Shown: one piece after another, positions 23,392-36,812 of the stretch | Numbering within the stretch: position 1 is the first letter of the stretch | Layout of the letters: each line of letters begins with the position of its first letter | Source of the DNA: Stylophora pistillata | Taxonomy: Eukaryota | Direction: 5' to 3' | Assembly: GCF_002571385.2 (NCBI RefSeq) | Contig: NW_019217819.1 | Span: 552,671-616,670, forward strand | Length of the DNA stretch: 64,000 nt | Position numbers and translations under genes: made by a program | Notes under the pieces: model-generated | Seen by the model: the letters and a program-made list of their open reading frames with translations, nothing else | Told to the model about the DNA's origin: nothing | Databases searched by the model: none

Positions 23392-26300
23392 ATGATCGCT
23401 AGAACATTGTGTCGTTTGCGAATGTTTTTCGGTAACTACTATGGACGCCCAAGATGGAATTCTTCGTCTTGTTTTCTCTTTCCCGGGCAAGGAGCTCAAT
23501 TTGTCGGGATGTGCCAGCGCTTGCTCGAAGAGAGAACAGTATTGCAGCTTTTTGAGGACGCTCAGGAGATTTTGGGATATCACCTACTGAGCATATGTTT
23601 GCATGGCCCTGAGGAAGATTTAAATAAGACAGTGCACTGTCAGCCTGCAATTGTTGTCGCCTCTCTAGCTGCTTTACAACATGCGAAAGTCACAGGCGCA
23701 AAGGTATTTGAATGTCTCCTGCCAAAAGATTTAAGAGTTAGTAGCAAGTCAGATGAGAGAAAAACAGCTCAAAAGCTGTACTTGAGCCGAGCGGTCCATT
23801 CAGCCGGAAGTTATCCTGGTTTCGGAAGCACAGGGCAAATAGGTGTATTTTAACCTTCCTTGGATGTGATGCCAGTCCATTACACATAGTGCTTTACTGC
23901 GAAGAGAGAGAGGCACTGTTAGAAGAAAGTGTTTTGCTCAAGAAACAAAACAGTACACCCCCAAGGTTTTATCAGGTTCCCCCTTCCAGTTCACTGTTAC
24001 CCAGTTATACTGTTGGGCAGAGAGAGGCACTGCCGGAGAGGAAAGTGTTTTGCCCAAGAAACAAAATACAATTCCCCCCCCCCCCCTTAAGGCTTTTCTC
24101 AGGCTTCCTTGACAGTTCACCAGTTCCCAGTTATAAGGAGAGGGTTTGTAAGAGGAAAGTGCTCAAGAAAGAAAACACAATGTCCTGGTCTTGATCCCAG
24201 ATCTTTGGACTTGATATCCAAGGCCTGGTTGTTTGAAGTCCAGTTAGCACTACCCCAGGGTTAAATTTTAATCCAGGTTTCTCTACTCCTTAAAAGCCTT
24301 TTTTGGATAATTTTCTCGATTCTTTTTAGGGCATCCAATAATCAAATTGTAGACAAAAATTAATGGTACTGAATTTTCTTTAAAGCTTTCAAAACTTAAT
24401 TCAAATTTAACACTAACCCCTGGGTTATCTTAATCCAGGTTTGAACAATGCAGCCCAGGTCAACACTAACCTAAGACCTGTTACCCTTTATCAAACATAA
24501 TTGATTGCTTTGTATTTTTACAGGTCTGCCTAAATGGATCAGATGAACCTGATCCTAACATGGTCACTGCTGGATTTAGCGTTGGTGAGATGTCTGCCTT
24601 GATATTCTCAGGAGCACTTTCCTTTGAAGATGGTAGGAATTTATGAGTAAGCATTCATTTTAGTCTTTTATTACACAACTCGGGCAGCCAGAGGGCCAAT
24701 AACTAAAATCAACCAATCAAAATGCTCTATTGCTGGTCAATATTCTCTCAGTATTGGACTGGGCACTGTCCCAAATGGTCCTGGGTGATACCGCATCTGT
24801 GTCCCTTTGAACTTCAGTCGTATAATAAATCTCATATTAACCGAGCTTGCTTGGGACTGTACTGGAAGAATATTGGCCCTCTGTCTTTTTTGTATGGACC
24901 TCGCTGCGCTCGGTCCGTACAAAAAATACCGAGGGCTGATATTCTCCCAGTACGGCCCTCGCGCTTGGTTAATAAGATATATTTAACAAGCCAGTTGTTG
25001 GTACATGTAGCTTACTCAGATTATCTAGAACTTCAGACTCTGGTTACTCTAGCATGAAGGAAGATACATGAGATTAAAAACATGTTCATGCCTTAAAAGC
25101 ATGGCCCATGGATGATTTAGACCAAATGGCTTCATGGGAAATGTTGGCACAGATACATAATCAGTGATTCACTTTTCTCATTATTCATGTAAAAAATTTT
25201 TTGTGATGATCCTTTTCTTTCTGGAAAGCTTGGATAACATCTATCATTTTCCACATGTAGCTAATGATGATAATCATGTACACCTGGCATAGGGTCTTGT
25301 CATTCATTGTAAATGCTTTTTAGATGTCAAGGATTTTGCAATCAAGTGTTTACATTGCTTAGTTAGTTTTCTATAAACCATAAGATCTGATCCATAGCTC
25401 CACCCATTTCTTTTTGACTGAGTAAGTTAGTTAGTGTGGTTTTATCAAAATGAAATATTCTTGCTTATGAGTTTCTCTATTCCTTTTCCCTGTTTGGGAA
25501 TTGCTGAACTGAACATGTTACTGCCACTTGTAACACTTTTTGTGGCTCTTAACGCCCTTGTGTTTGGGTTTTACATTACCATTGGCAGCTCCCTATGAAA
25601 AAGATTAATGAAACCCCTGCAAAATAATTTACCTTTCTTGAACTATTTAGGCCTAAAAGTAGTCCAAGTACGTGCCCAAGCCATGCAGGAAGCTTCCGAT
25701 AAATACCCCAGTGGTTTGGTGTCAATTTTGGCCCCACCAGACTTGGATATTCATCTTCTTTGTGATCACGCCAAAGAGTGGTCTTACAGTAATGGCATGG
25801 AGGAGCCAGTGGCATGTGTGGCAAATTATCTTTTCCCTGGTGGCTGGGTAATAGGAGGTGACAAGTCGTCTGTGAAATATATTCTGGAGTTTGGAAAGGC
25901 TAAGGTATGATTGATAGAGAATAATACATAGGCAAGGGTAGATATGGAATTTCTCTTTGAGTGTGCAACTCGATATGCTGCGCTCTCCTGTGAGATATTG
26001 TGTTGGACACGAGAAGAGAAATTCTATTTCTACAAGCAACTATGTATTTTTGCGGTTATCATGTAAAAAAGCAGGCCTTTTCTGACAAGAAAAGTTGACT
26101 TTATTAATGAATTCAATCCATGAAAGTTGGAAAGTGCTTGGGCAACAAGGCTCAAAATGAATAAATGCATTAATTGAATGATTACGAAAGGAGACAATGA
26201 ATTTAACTTTCCACTTGCAAAATTCACAATTGTCAACTTTTTCGTTACCAATAGAAGAAATAAGACAGGTTCACGGCCAAAATCGGCCTGTGGTAAACTT

Positions 26301-29300
26301 CCAGTTGTCAGTTTTTATCTTCAGCCGTGAGAAATGCTTTAGCCAAAGCCATTAAAATGTGGGTTTTTCTTTTTGTATTTGGTTCTCTTCCCCTTGTAAG
26401 TAAGTAAGTATTTTAAAAGTTTATTTATTCTCGTTGAACACAAAAGAGCTTACAACAAAGCTCATTACAAGAACGTGCACGTGCTAAATACTAAAAAATA
26501 TGTTATAACATATAATAAAAAGAGTATGAAAATCATTATAATCTTTTACAATTATTTATGATTTATGACCCGTCCCTTCCGAACCAAAAATGTGCAGTAA
26601 GAAATCCCCAACTACTATAACTACTCTAATGTATAATTCATCTTTAATTAACTGTCCCTTCTAACCAGATTTATATATGAAATATGCAGTACTGAAGAAA
26701 TCCCCAAAGCAAATTCCAAGTCAAACTTCTTCAAAGCTGTTTTAAAAGCCTTGATGTTTTCACTTTTCCTAACTTCCATAGGTAACTTATTCCATAGCTT
26801 ACTGGCAATGAAAGAGAAAGATTTATGCAGCCACTCAGAATTAAAATGAGGTTGAGCCAGATTACTGCCTTGACCCCTGAGATTATAGCCTACATGTCTT
26901 GAATTTAAAAAGTCAGTAACATAAATACCGTAGGACCAATAGAATTAAGGCATTTATATAATTATCAAAATCAATGTCTGATAATACCTACGCCGTCTTT
27001 AAGCACTTGATTTAACTAATTCTAAAGGACTTTCACAACTGATATTTTTAACTTTATAGTGCTTTACTGCGAAGGATCGTGCACATATACGTTTCATAAC
27101 CGCAGTTCATACATATGTTTCATATGTTTGTTGTTGTTTGATTTCTCATCTACGGGTTTATGTCGAATTAATTTGATGGCCTGCTCCCAGTTGGCTTGTT
27201 AGCTCAATTGGTAGAGCGCTGCACTAGTATCGCAGAGGTCAGTGGTTCGAATCCCGTACAGGCCTGAAATTTTTTTCAGGTCTGATTTTCACTATTGCTC
27301 AAATAGTGCTTTACTGCGAAGGATCGTGCACATATACGTTTAAATAACATTCTTAAAAATAATGTAATAATTAGTGTCTTCAAGTCTATTGGCCTGCACT
27401 TTGCCAAGACCAATAAATAACATGCTACAATATTCTAAATGTGGGACAATGAATGCTTTATTTAATAATATCATAGTGTTCACCGATATTAATTGGGAGA
27501 TTCTTTTCAGTTAAGGCGGCAGTCTTTGCATAAACTTTTTTAAGCTGTTCAGTGATATGCTCCTTAAAGGAAAGTCTTTTATCCAAGGTGACACCCAAGA
27601 TTTTCAAAGTGGGTTTAACATCTACTTTGATTCCATTAATTTGGATCTCATATTCATATGTCGAAGAACCAAGAATCATGGCCTGAGTCTTTGTATTGTT
27701 AATAGAGAGATAATTTTGTTTAAACCATGTAGCAAGGGTTAACAAGTCTTCGTTAACCATAAACTGTAATGCTGTCAAAGAAGCATCAGACGAACAGCTG
27801 GTGGTATCATCAGCATATAATCTCAGCGTCATATTAGATGTACAATAATTAATATCATCTATGAAGATAATGTATTGAACAAAAGTGGACCAAGTAAATA
27901 TCCCTGTGGCACACCTGCTTTAACTATTCTCCAGCCAGAGCATATGCCATCAATCTTAACTCTTTGGTGAGGATCTCTTAGGTATTCACCCAGCAATTTT
28001 GTAGCTGCTTCAGAAAAACCGTAAGCTCATATTTTAGCCAGCAGCAAATTGTGGTTTACGCTGTCAAACACTTTGCTGAGATCTACTGATACAGTTGCGA
28101 TGGTTTCTCCTTTGTCCAAACTTTCACGCCAATCCTCAGTCATCTTCAAAATTGCTGTTGCACACGAATGACCTTTCATGTATCCCGATAGGTTGCGGGA
28201 CAGTAGAGGTGACATAACTGGATAGATCTGATCATAGATAACTTTTTCAAAGACTTTTGATAATATGGTTAGGACAGAAACCGGTCTGTAATTGGCTTTG
28301 TCTGTTTTACTTCCTTTCTTGTATACTGGCATAATATTACTGCTTTTCCATTCTTTGTGTATACTTTGAGTATTTATAAAATGGTTGATGAGCTTTGTAT
28401 CTTCAGTGGAGACGCTTGGAGAAGATAGCCTCAGCAGATGTGAAGATTATGTTGTCCATCCCAACAGATTTTCTTGGATTTAATTGTTCCAGAATGCTTT
28501 GTATGTACTTTATGTCAAAAGGAGTAAATGCAGAGTCGTCTAGCTGTTCCATGTTGGGTGTCAATGCCCCCTAAGATGTGCATTAAATTCCAAATCTTGA
28601 ACATTATGATTGATTATATGATTGTTGGAAATTTTGATTGTTGCTGTCTGTAAGCGATGTAAAGTTTTCATTGTTCTTAGCGGCCATAGTCTGAGAAAAT
28701 TTGGGCAAACGACCTTGGACTGAAAATGGCGACTGTTTTAGCATTTATTCATCAATGTGACTGTGTGGCGCGAAAGAAAAGTGACGTGTTAGCACCTGAT
28801 TGGCAATATCAAACAAAGCTTGTAATAGAGTAATTGCGAGCAGAACTTATACGTACCAAATAATAGAATAAATTTCGTGCATAGTCTCATGATTTAGGTA
28901 ATGGAGATCTTGTCTTGCACCTATTTTTTTTTTTTAATTTGTCTGGTTTTTGAAATTTTACCAGCATATTAAGTTACTAAGATTCATCAACCACAAACAG
29001 TTCATTTGGACCTGATCCAATTCTTTTATTCAAATCAGGTCAGATACAATCGGCATGCCATTCCAGAAAAGTCTTTACTTCTATTTGAGTGTTTCTGTTT
29101 AGAGTCTGATGGAAGCAAGTTGTTCATAACCTAAGCTCATTTCAAAATAGCTGAACAAAGCGTGAGATTAGCAAGATTCAATGACCTTTATGTGAAGTTT
29201 TATCAGTTTATGTTTTTGCTTCCTAGGTTACCTTCACGCATTTACACTGACAGAAATAATTTTATTAACTCACAAGATTGTTAGTGGCACAAATGTCTGA

Positions 29301-32300
29301 GTTATCAACTTTTTTCTTACTAAAGAAATTTCCTCAGACCAGTTTATGGCCCAAATCGGCCTGTGGCAATCTTCCAGCCATGACAATTGCCATCACCAAA
29401 GCCAATTAACTTTCAGATTTTCTTTTTGTATTTGCTTTTCTTTCCTCTCAAGGAAATTTTAAATGTTGCTGTCTGTAAGCGATACAATTTTTTTTTAGCA
29501 GCAATAATCTGAGAACATTTGGATGAACCACCTTGGACTGAAAATTTCAAACGTTTTACAATTAATTCATCAACCTGACCAAATGGCCCAAAAAGGAAGT
29601 GATTTGTCACCAACTGATTGGCTACATCAAATACACCTTTAAAAAAATTAGCACAATTTTATCATGTGTGTTGTTACAGATTTTCATCTGGGCTAGAAAT
29701 CCATGTAAAACACTGCAGTATATACGATAAACATCCTTTATGATCACCTCACAGGAGGATTTAACTCTTTCTCTCCTAAAAGGGACTATTCAGCAGGATA
29801 ACAGCTGAATTAAACTTTAAGGTTTGTTTGAAGTTTGAAGTTTATTAATTCATAAATACATGGCAGTTCAAAAACTGAATTGTGTATTTACATTACAAAA
29901 ATTGAATTATAGATCAAAATCATTAACTAATCTATCTTAATTAAAAGGATAAAAAGGCAAACAGGAAATAAGATGCTATAAAGGTTATTGAAATATGAAA
30001 TTCAAAAACACTAACCTATAAGTTACTTGCTTTAAGGCAAGACAAGATAATAAAGCTATTCTTAAAATGGTCGGTTTTAAAACGCAGCATGTTAAAAGGT
30101 TACGCGCGCCTTAATGAATAAGTAGATTCATGTGGTGCAGATAATTACTTATAAAGGCAGTGATTGTTGTTATTTATAATTGTGTGAAAAATGGACTCAC
30201 ATATTTCATCATGGTGGATTGCTAATTCCTCAAAGTTCATAATAACAAGATCCTTATGATAGCTAACACCGGGAAAATAATGAGAATGAAGGAAGCCAGT
30301 GCCAATCAAAGCAATTCTTGATTGTGAAACAAATTCTCCTCGTCAGTATGAAGGAAATGTGTAGAGAACAGCATAGCGAATAATTTATGCACACTGATTC
30401 AAGTTGTAAGGGTTAAGGGCTTCCTTACCCAGTCTACTGCCACTTCCTTCCTTTAAAAAGATGTCAAGAAATAGGGTCCTTAAGCAAATTTTTTCTTGAG
30501 TTGTGGGGGCAGCTATACAAAGGCTTACGGTTCTGTTAAGTTCCCTTGAACTACCAATGTGTAAATGCGAAAGCATTTTTTTTTACATTTTTATGGACTG
30601 AGATGAAGTGGAGGTCCATAAAAGCATTAAATGTTCAGTCTCAGAGAATTGCATGGGGATTTTGAAGTTTTTGTTTGATTGTTTCATAACTTTTGCCTCC
30701 ATCTAGTCCTAACTGAGAATTATTTTCGTCTCTCAGCATGGCATCAAAAGAGCTCAGCTCATTCCTGTAAGTGGTGCATTTCATACCATACTTATGTAGC
30801 CTGCCCAGGAACCTCTCCGACAAGTGTTGGATTGTGTCTCTGTTAAAATGCCCAGATGCACAGTGTATTCTGGGACAGGTTGTGAACCCTTCACTGATGT
30901 GGAGCAGATAAAAAGGTACACTTTAACAACACCAACCAATATATCCTTCTAAGTACAATAAATCTTATAAACTCTGATTGGAATCACTGTGTTCTCTTCT
31001 GAGACAAGACATTTGGCTGTCACAGTGCTGCTATCCATCCAAGAGGCATACATGGCAAAAGGTTTCATTTACTCTTTGACTCCTAAGAGTGACCAACATC
31101 TAATTTCTCCCTACAATATCAACCTTGAATCACACATCAACGTCATCCATGACAGGATGGAAAACGCGTGCACTGTAAGTACCTCGTTGTCCCATACAAA
31201 ACCTTAGAAAACTTTTCTAAGGCTTAGTGTGGGACGACAGGAGGTACTTACAGTGCATGCGTTTTCTGTCCTGTCATGGAATAAAGGAAATGATCACCAA
31301 TTAAAGAAACTTTTGATTTTTGAACAAATTCTCCTAGTCAGCTCCCAAGAAATGACTTTGTATAGAGAACAGTATGGAGAATATGCATACTGATGTTAGG
31401 GTGCAAAGGGTTAAAAGCTGTCCACCAGCAGTTTACTGCCACCTATAAATATGCATTATTGACCAAGTGTGAGCTCAAGATGGCTGGGTATTGGCTGAGT
31501 TCTTTTTTCGCAATTCTATAGACTGAGACAAAGTCAAGGTCCATAAAAACACACACAGAAAAACAGGGCCTAATATCCAACTGTCTTGACTGAACAAGCT
31601 TGGTCAATGAACGATTTGATATATAGTTAAAAGATTTGGTTTTATTAAGAATCAAGAATGACTTGTTTAATTGGAGAAACAGGAAAGAAAGTCAGCTGTG
31701 TCTGTTAAGCACAATTAACCCTCAAGATTCATTTTAATTATGTTTTCTTTGTTTTGAATGTCTTCTTTCTTCCACTTTTTGTGACTCCATAGCCCACACT
31801 GTCAAAAAATTACGCACTTTGTAAGTCCGCTCCTTGCAATATTTTTCCTGTGCAGGATCAAAGTGGGGCAATCCCGAGTCAGCAAGATGGGCTTGTGTAG
31901 TTAATTAGAATGCAGGATATACTTCATATTGCCCATGGGCAATACCAGAATAATAGGGCTTGACACTAACAGTAGACCAATACCCACAGACTATAAGAAA
32001 TTCAGTTTTGGCAAGTGGTTTTTGATTTCTACAAGCCAGTTTGGCAAGTAAACAAACTGAAATTGTTGTAACATCTAAGATGTCACTAGCCACTTGGCTA
32101 GTTAGTTGAAAAGTTAGTGTTGAACCCTGCCAGAAATATAATAAGACACTTTATCACCATCTCTTTAGCTTGCAAGTAGACTCTCTTTGGGTTTTGCCTC
32201 ATGGCCCCCTAACTTTATTGATAAAGTTATTGAAACCCTGTGCAAGGGAAGCTGATCGTGGTAAGAAGAAGAAACCATCAATATCATCAGCATCAAGTGG

Positions 32301-35300
32301 TAGTTACTGTCAGTAGCTATTGGTTTTATTGATGTAATCTTTTCTTGCCAAAGAAATTGTTGTGAGCTTTTGAAGTCTTTCTGTTCAGTCATATATTAAG
32401 CTAGGTTAGTTACCAAGGTTATATACTGGGTGCAGTATGAATAAGCTCTAAATTATCACTAAGTCAGTGATAGTAAGTCTGGGAATAACCAGTTATGGAT
32501 ATGAATTTAGTTCAAGACAATAGGTCAGTGTATTATTCTTATATTATTCTTGTAAATAATATGCTCTGTAAATATAATTGATAACTTTAGCCAGTATTGT
32601 ATTGTAAATAACCATACAATTCAGCCTCATCTGGCTGCCATGTGATTTTTAGTAATGCTATCCATCTATCTATCAAGGGTTGTGTTGTGGTAAATATTTA
32701 CTGCAAGTCCAATATTATTTGGTTGCTGGTTAAACCTAAGCATCACTAATGGATCCAATTACTCCATACAGCATTACTGGTGAATCAAACATTTTCCCAT
32801 AGGTCATGAGAATAAAGGAAATGATCACTAACTCAAAAAGCTTGAATGTGATAATCCCACAAATTCTCCTTGTAAGCACTTTAGGAAAAGTATAAAGAAC
32901 GGTCTGGAAAACACAATATTTTATACTGATGTTGTAGTTGAGTAGCTGTCAGTGAAAAAAACTAAGCCTTAATTTTCACTCAAGGGTGTAAAAATTAATT
33001 GGATGCAGAAATCTTTTTCAGCCTGGGGCAGCTCAAAAGATGCATCTTGGTTTAATCAACCATTGATGGCATCTCATGCTGTTACTAATGGTAAAACTAC
33101 TGAACAAAGTTGAAGCCCCCAGCTTCTCTAATCCTTTTTGTGTTTGAATGAAGATCACTGTGCCCCAACCAAGGAATTAGTGTTCAGGTGCAATGTTTCC
33201 TTAACTTTGACATGTTTAATTTCATTCTACAGCATAAACAGTGTACAGTTTGCAAATCTGCATAGTGTGATGTTATGTCATAATTCAATAACAAATTTGT
33301 AAAGTAAAAACTGAAGTTGTAACACAAGCATTTGCAACTGAAGATGACATAGGTAACGTCAAAACACATTTTACAAACTTACCATAAATAAGTTGTTTCT
33401 TTTATAGGAAGTTTTGTTTTTCTGCTTTTTTTCTTACCATCAGGAAGAATTCTAAAGTTTGTCTTGTAAATTAGGCTGTGTAATTCTTCCACTCTGCAAT
33501 GGCTGCTTAACACATGACAAACACTTGCAGCCTTTCCCTTTAAGAAACAGTTATGAGTAAAGCATTGTACCTTGCTGTATCACCTGTTATACTGAAAGCA
33601 TTGAGAACATCAACATTGTTTTTGATGAAAAGGTTGTAAAGAATAATAAGTTAAGTAATGATTAACAGTTCACACTTAACTTAGTCATAATAAAAAAATT
33701 ATTATGACCAAGTTAAGTGTGAACTGTTAATCATTACTATCAGGCAAAAGCTAAGGAAAATATTCAACACATCACTTTTCAATAAGAGAAAAGCTTGTAA
33801 CTTAAGAACTGTGAGCAGAACTTATACATACCAAAGAAATTGTTTGAATAAATTTCATGCATGGTGGTATCTGCTTAGCATGATGGAGATCAAGTCTTTC
33901 AGCTATTGTTTTTTGTTTTATTTTGTGACAGAGGTTTTTGAAATTACACCTGGATATTAAGTTACTGAGATTGATCAACCACAATCAGTTCATCTGGATG
34001 TGATCCAATTTTATCTTTTTATTCAAATCTGGTCAAATGCAATTGACAATGCCTTTCCAGAAGTCTTTACTTCCATTTTGAGTGTTTCTGCAAGAATCTG
34101 ATGGAAGCAGGTTGTTTGTAACTTAAGGTCATTTCAAAAATAGCTGAACAAAGCCTAAGATTAGTTAGATTCAATGGCTTTCATATGAAGTTTTATCAGT
34201 TTATGTTGTTGCTTCTTAGATTACCTTCACTCACTCATAATTATGATTCAAAATAATGTTTTATTTACTCACAGGATTGTGAGCAGCAGTTAGTATTTTT
34301 TTATAAATAGCAGAACTGCACCTCAATCAGCTACCATTATTCTTTATCAGGTTTGGCTTTTGAATTTGCATTTTCTCAGAAGTGGTTGAATTGTGTTTTG
34401 ACACTCGTCAAGCATGACATTGTAAAAACAACTGAACCTCAATCTGCTGGAAACGGTCAAATTTGTGCTGCTTATTTCAAATGCTGTGTACCTTTATGTT
34501 CCTGTACCATTTGCTCCTTTTTCTAAGGTAATATCAAGCTTTCTCTGTAATATGTAATTCATGTTTCTTATAGAACTTAGAATACAATATCTACCACCAG
34601 TAGCTACATGTATTTAATTCTAATACTGTGCTTGTGGTTTCACAGCTTTGAAGAAATCCATGGGGAACTGTTTTGTTTGTCTCTTAAAATTTCCTTTGTG
34701 ATTATTTTATTTTTAGATACTTAGTTAACAAGCAATCTAAGATTGGGAGAGCGTAACCAATAACTTTGTTTAGTGTGACTTATAGAACCTCATTTACATG
34801 CATAGAAGTGTATGACATGTAAGAGTAACTATGGATTATTGAGCAACAATGTTAATTTGGTCCTCTGTAAAGCAAAAATATAAACTCATCCAAACTGTAC
34901 AGTTATCATAATAACACTTTTCTACCAGTAGGTGACTGATGATAAACTTTAATTCAATCAGGCTGAGCTCTTGCTCAAACCATTGCCATACACTGCCTCT
35001 GTCCTCCAAAGCAGGTTTTAGTTCCTCAACTGAATCAGTAAACACTTTTCATCACTGTAGCTGCTCCTCTCCCTGCATACTGCAATCCTTATGACAGCTC
35101 CTGAGGAACCAGCTTACTAACAGAATGCTTGAAGACAAAGCACTGAATTTTAACAGAAATCTTTGATGTGACTCTTCAAAGAAAACAGAAAGCTGTTTTC
35201 AGGGTTAAAATGCCCCATGTCAATTTTCTTTTTTTTTTTTTTTTTTTTTTTTGCAGATTGCTTGTACAGCAACTTGTGGAGCCAGTGAACTGGATGAAAA

Positions 35301-35434
35301 CAATCCAAAACATAATGAAACAAAGGACCAACTTGGAAAACATCTTTGAAGTGGGCCCTGGAAAGCAGTTGAAGGCTATGACTTCTCGTATTGACAGAAA
35401 AATGTTGAATAATTTTACCAACTTGGAGACATAG
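23392..35434 (+). CDS. MCAT: Malonyl-CoA:ACP transacylase, mitochondrial type (FabD family); 5 exons, in-frame TAG in exon 4
   Basis: Exons 23392-23703 (Arg-rich presequence-like N-terminus, FLFPGQGAQFVGM, QPAI), 24524-24632 (GFSVGE nucleophile motif), 25651-25904 (VRAQAM, VANYLFPG), 30737-30915 (VSGAFHT; TAG at 30797-30799), 35257-35434 (QLVEPVNW, FEVGPGKQL, stop). All introns are GT-AG and phases are consistent. Confidence 0.92.
24668..24980 (-). mobile_element. Copy of the 17644 repeat family
   Basis: Reverse complement of 17644-17955. Confidence 0.85.
26400..28560 (-). mobile_element. Degenerate LINE reverse transcriptase (CR1/L2-group)
   Basis: PVYKKG...NYRPVSVLTILSKVFEK, VDLSKVFDSVNH, GVPQG and YADD motifs over frameshifted ORFs 28027-28332 and 27458-27832. 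Interrupted by the tRNA-derived repeat at 27056. Confidence 0.9.
27056..27341 (+). mobile_element. tRNA-derived repeat family B inserted in a LINE
   Basis: TAGCTCAATTGGTAGAGCGCTGC...GGTTCGAATCCC module with a ~39-bp direct terminal repeat ATAGTGCTTTACTGCGAAGGATCGTGCACATATACGTTT. A fragment also occurs at ~11962-12068. Confidence 0.8.
28815..29290 (+). repeat. ~480-bp segment duplicated at ~33790-34280 within MCAT introns
   Basis: Shared GAGCAGAACTTATAC...CTGATGGAAGCA...TGAAGTTTTATCAGTTTATGTT. Also 28640-28830 resembles 29450-29640. Confidence 0.75.
31070..31413. mobile_element. Abundant TTAACCC...GGGTTAA-type MITE carrying an inserted hairpin
   Basis: Family fragments also at ~3470-3546, 5735-5842, 10190-10395, 20575-20703, 30270-30415 and 32755-32940. 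Confidence 0.7.
33654..33738. repeat. Near-perfect 40-bp inverted repeat
   Basis: AGTAATGATTAACAGTTCACACTTAACTTAGTCATAATAA and its reverse complement with one mismatch. Confidence 0.9.
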
Positions 35435-36771
35435 CAAACAGTAACACACGTGATAAAGGATGCTTCAAAATTCAGGAAATTTATTCACAAAGTCTGGCCT
35501 TGAATGATCTTGACAGTAGAAAAATTGCACTTGGATCCCTTTATGCCACAACACAAATGGGACATCTGCCTCAGTTTAAACTTAACTGGATAAAAGACAA
35601 TAATGGTAACCCTCCTTCAAGTACTGGTTGAAACTACCAAAGTTTTAAAGACCAAATAATGGTGACAAATCTTTCAGATATTTCCTATGGTGATGAAAAT
35701 TTTACACAAGTTGCATCACTCAAACTTGGCTTGCAGTGTAGCATGAACATTTTGTATGTTTAATTTCTGGGGATTTTTTTAGATGGTCCTCTGTCCGTAA
35801 AAACAGATTCAAGCTGATGGAAATCTACAGCAAAATGAAATGTAGGAAACTTTTACAACATCCAGTGAATTGTGAAACCTCTGCATACAAATCAAGTTTC
35901 AATTCTGATTCTGTGTTTGCTCTTCACAAAATATTTATCTCCAAATTATTTACTTCCAAGGTAGAAAATCAGAGTTATGTTGATTTCTCACAAATGCTCT
36001 GCTGCTTGCACTGAAAACTGGAAAAAATAAGCTCTCAGAAGGAGTTTTAGTTATCTTGAATTGCAGAAATCTGTCTCTGTAAAACATGAAAAAGTAGCAA
36101 ATGCAAAGTAGAACTCATAAAAAAAAGTCTTTGATACACTGATTACAGATCAAGGGAAGTGTCTGGTATTTAATACAATAAGCAGATAGTAGAGTGTGAG
36201 TTACAGAAATAATTTCCCAAACATCCTGTTCCATATGATTTGTGGTGAGAGATTCAGTTGAAATATGACCCATTTGGTGTGTGGTTTTAGTGTGAAAACA
36301 GTTTACATTGATACTGTGTATGTTTTATCATTAGGCTTGCTAACTTTGCCAATTCATTATATATTTGAATATCCAGTGCAGGTGGCAAACCATGTCTTAA
36401 ATTGTCAAGGTATAGGCTCAACTTAAAATTTCTGTGCAGAAATTAAGGTCTTCTAGACTGGATAGTAATGTAATTTTCATATCACAATGTAAACACCTGC
36501 CAACTCCCAGGGTTTTGTCAAGAAATGTAGTTGAGGGAGAGTAATGTGAAGTAATGGTACAATCTGTTTCTGTCCTGTCTGAAATCAAAAATAGCTCAGG
36601 GGAAAAATAGTTGCACTGGAGAATTCCTCCATTTCCAGATGCTGTTGAGCATTGGCTGTTAATTGCATTAGACATAGGCCAGGAAATCTCAGCTTAACAT
36701 GTCAAGTTGGCTTACTCTTAAAACTTAGGAAATACCATGAAAGTTCTGTGGCTTGACCTTGTGGCTTTCTT

Positions 36772-36812
<41 letters not shown>

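Noticed and set aside
27190-27270. tRNA gene
   Set aside because: A/B boxes are present but embedded in a multi-copy repeat with no convincing acceptor stem. The same applies to ~1750-1810, ~16630-16710, ~63300-63380 and ~63553-63605.
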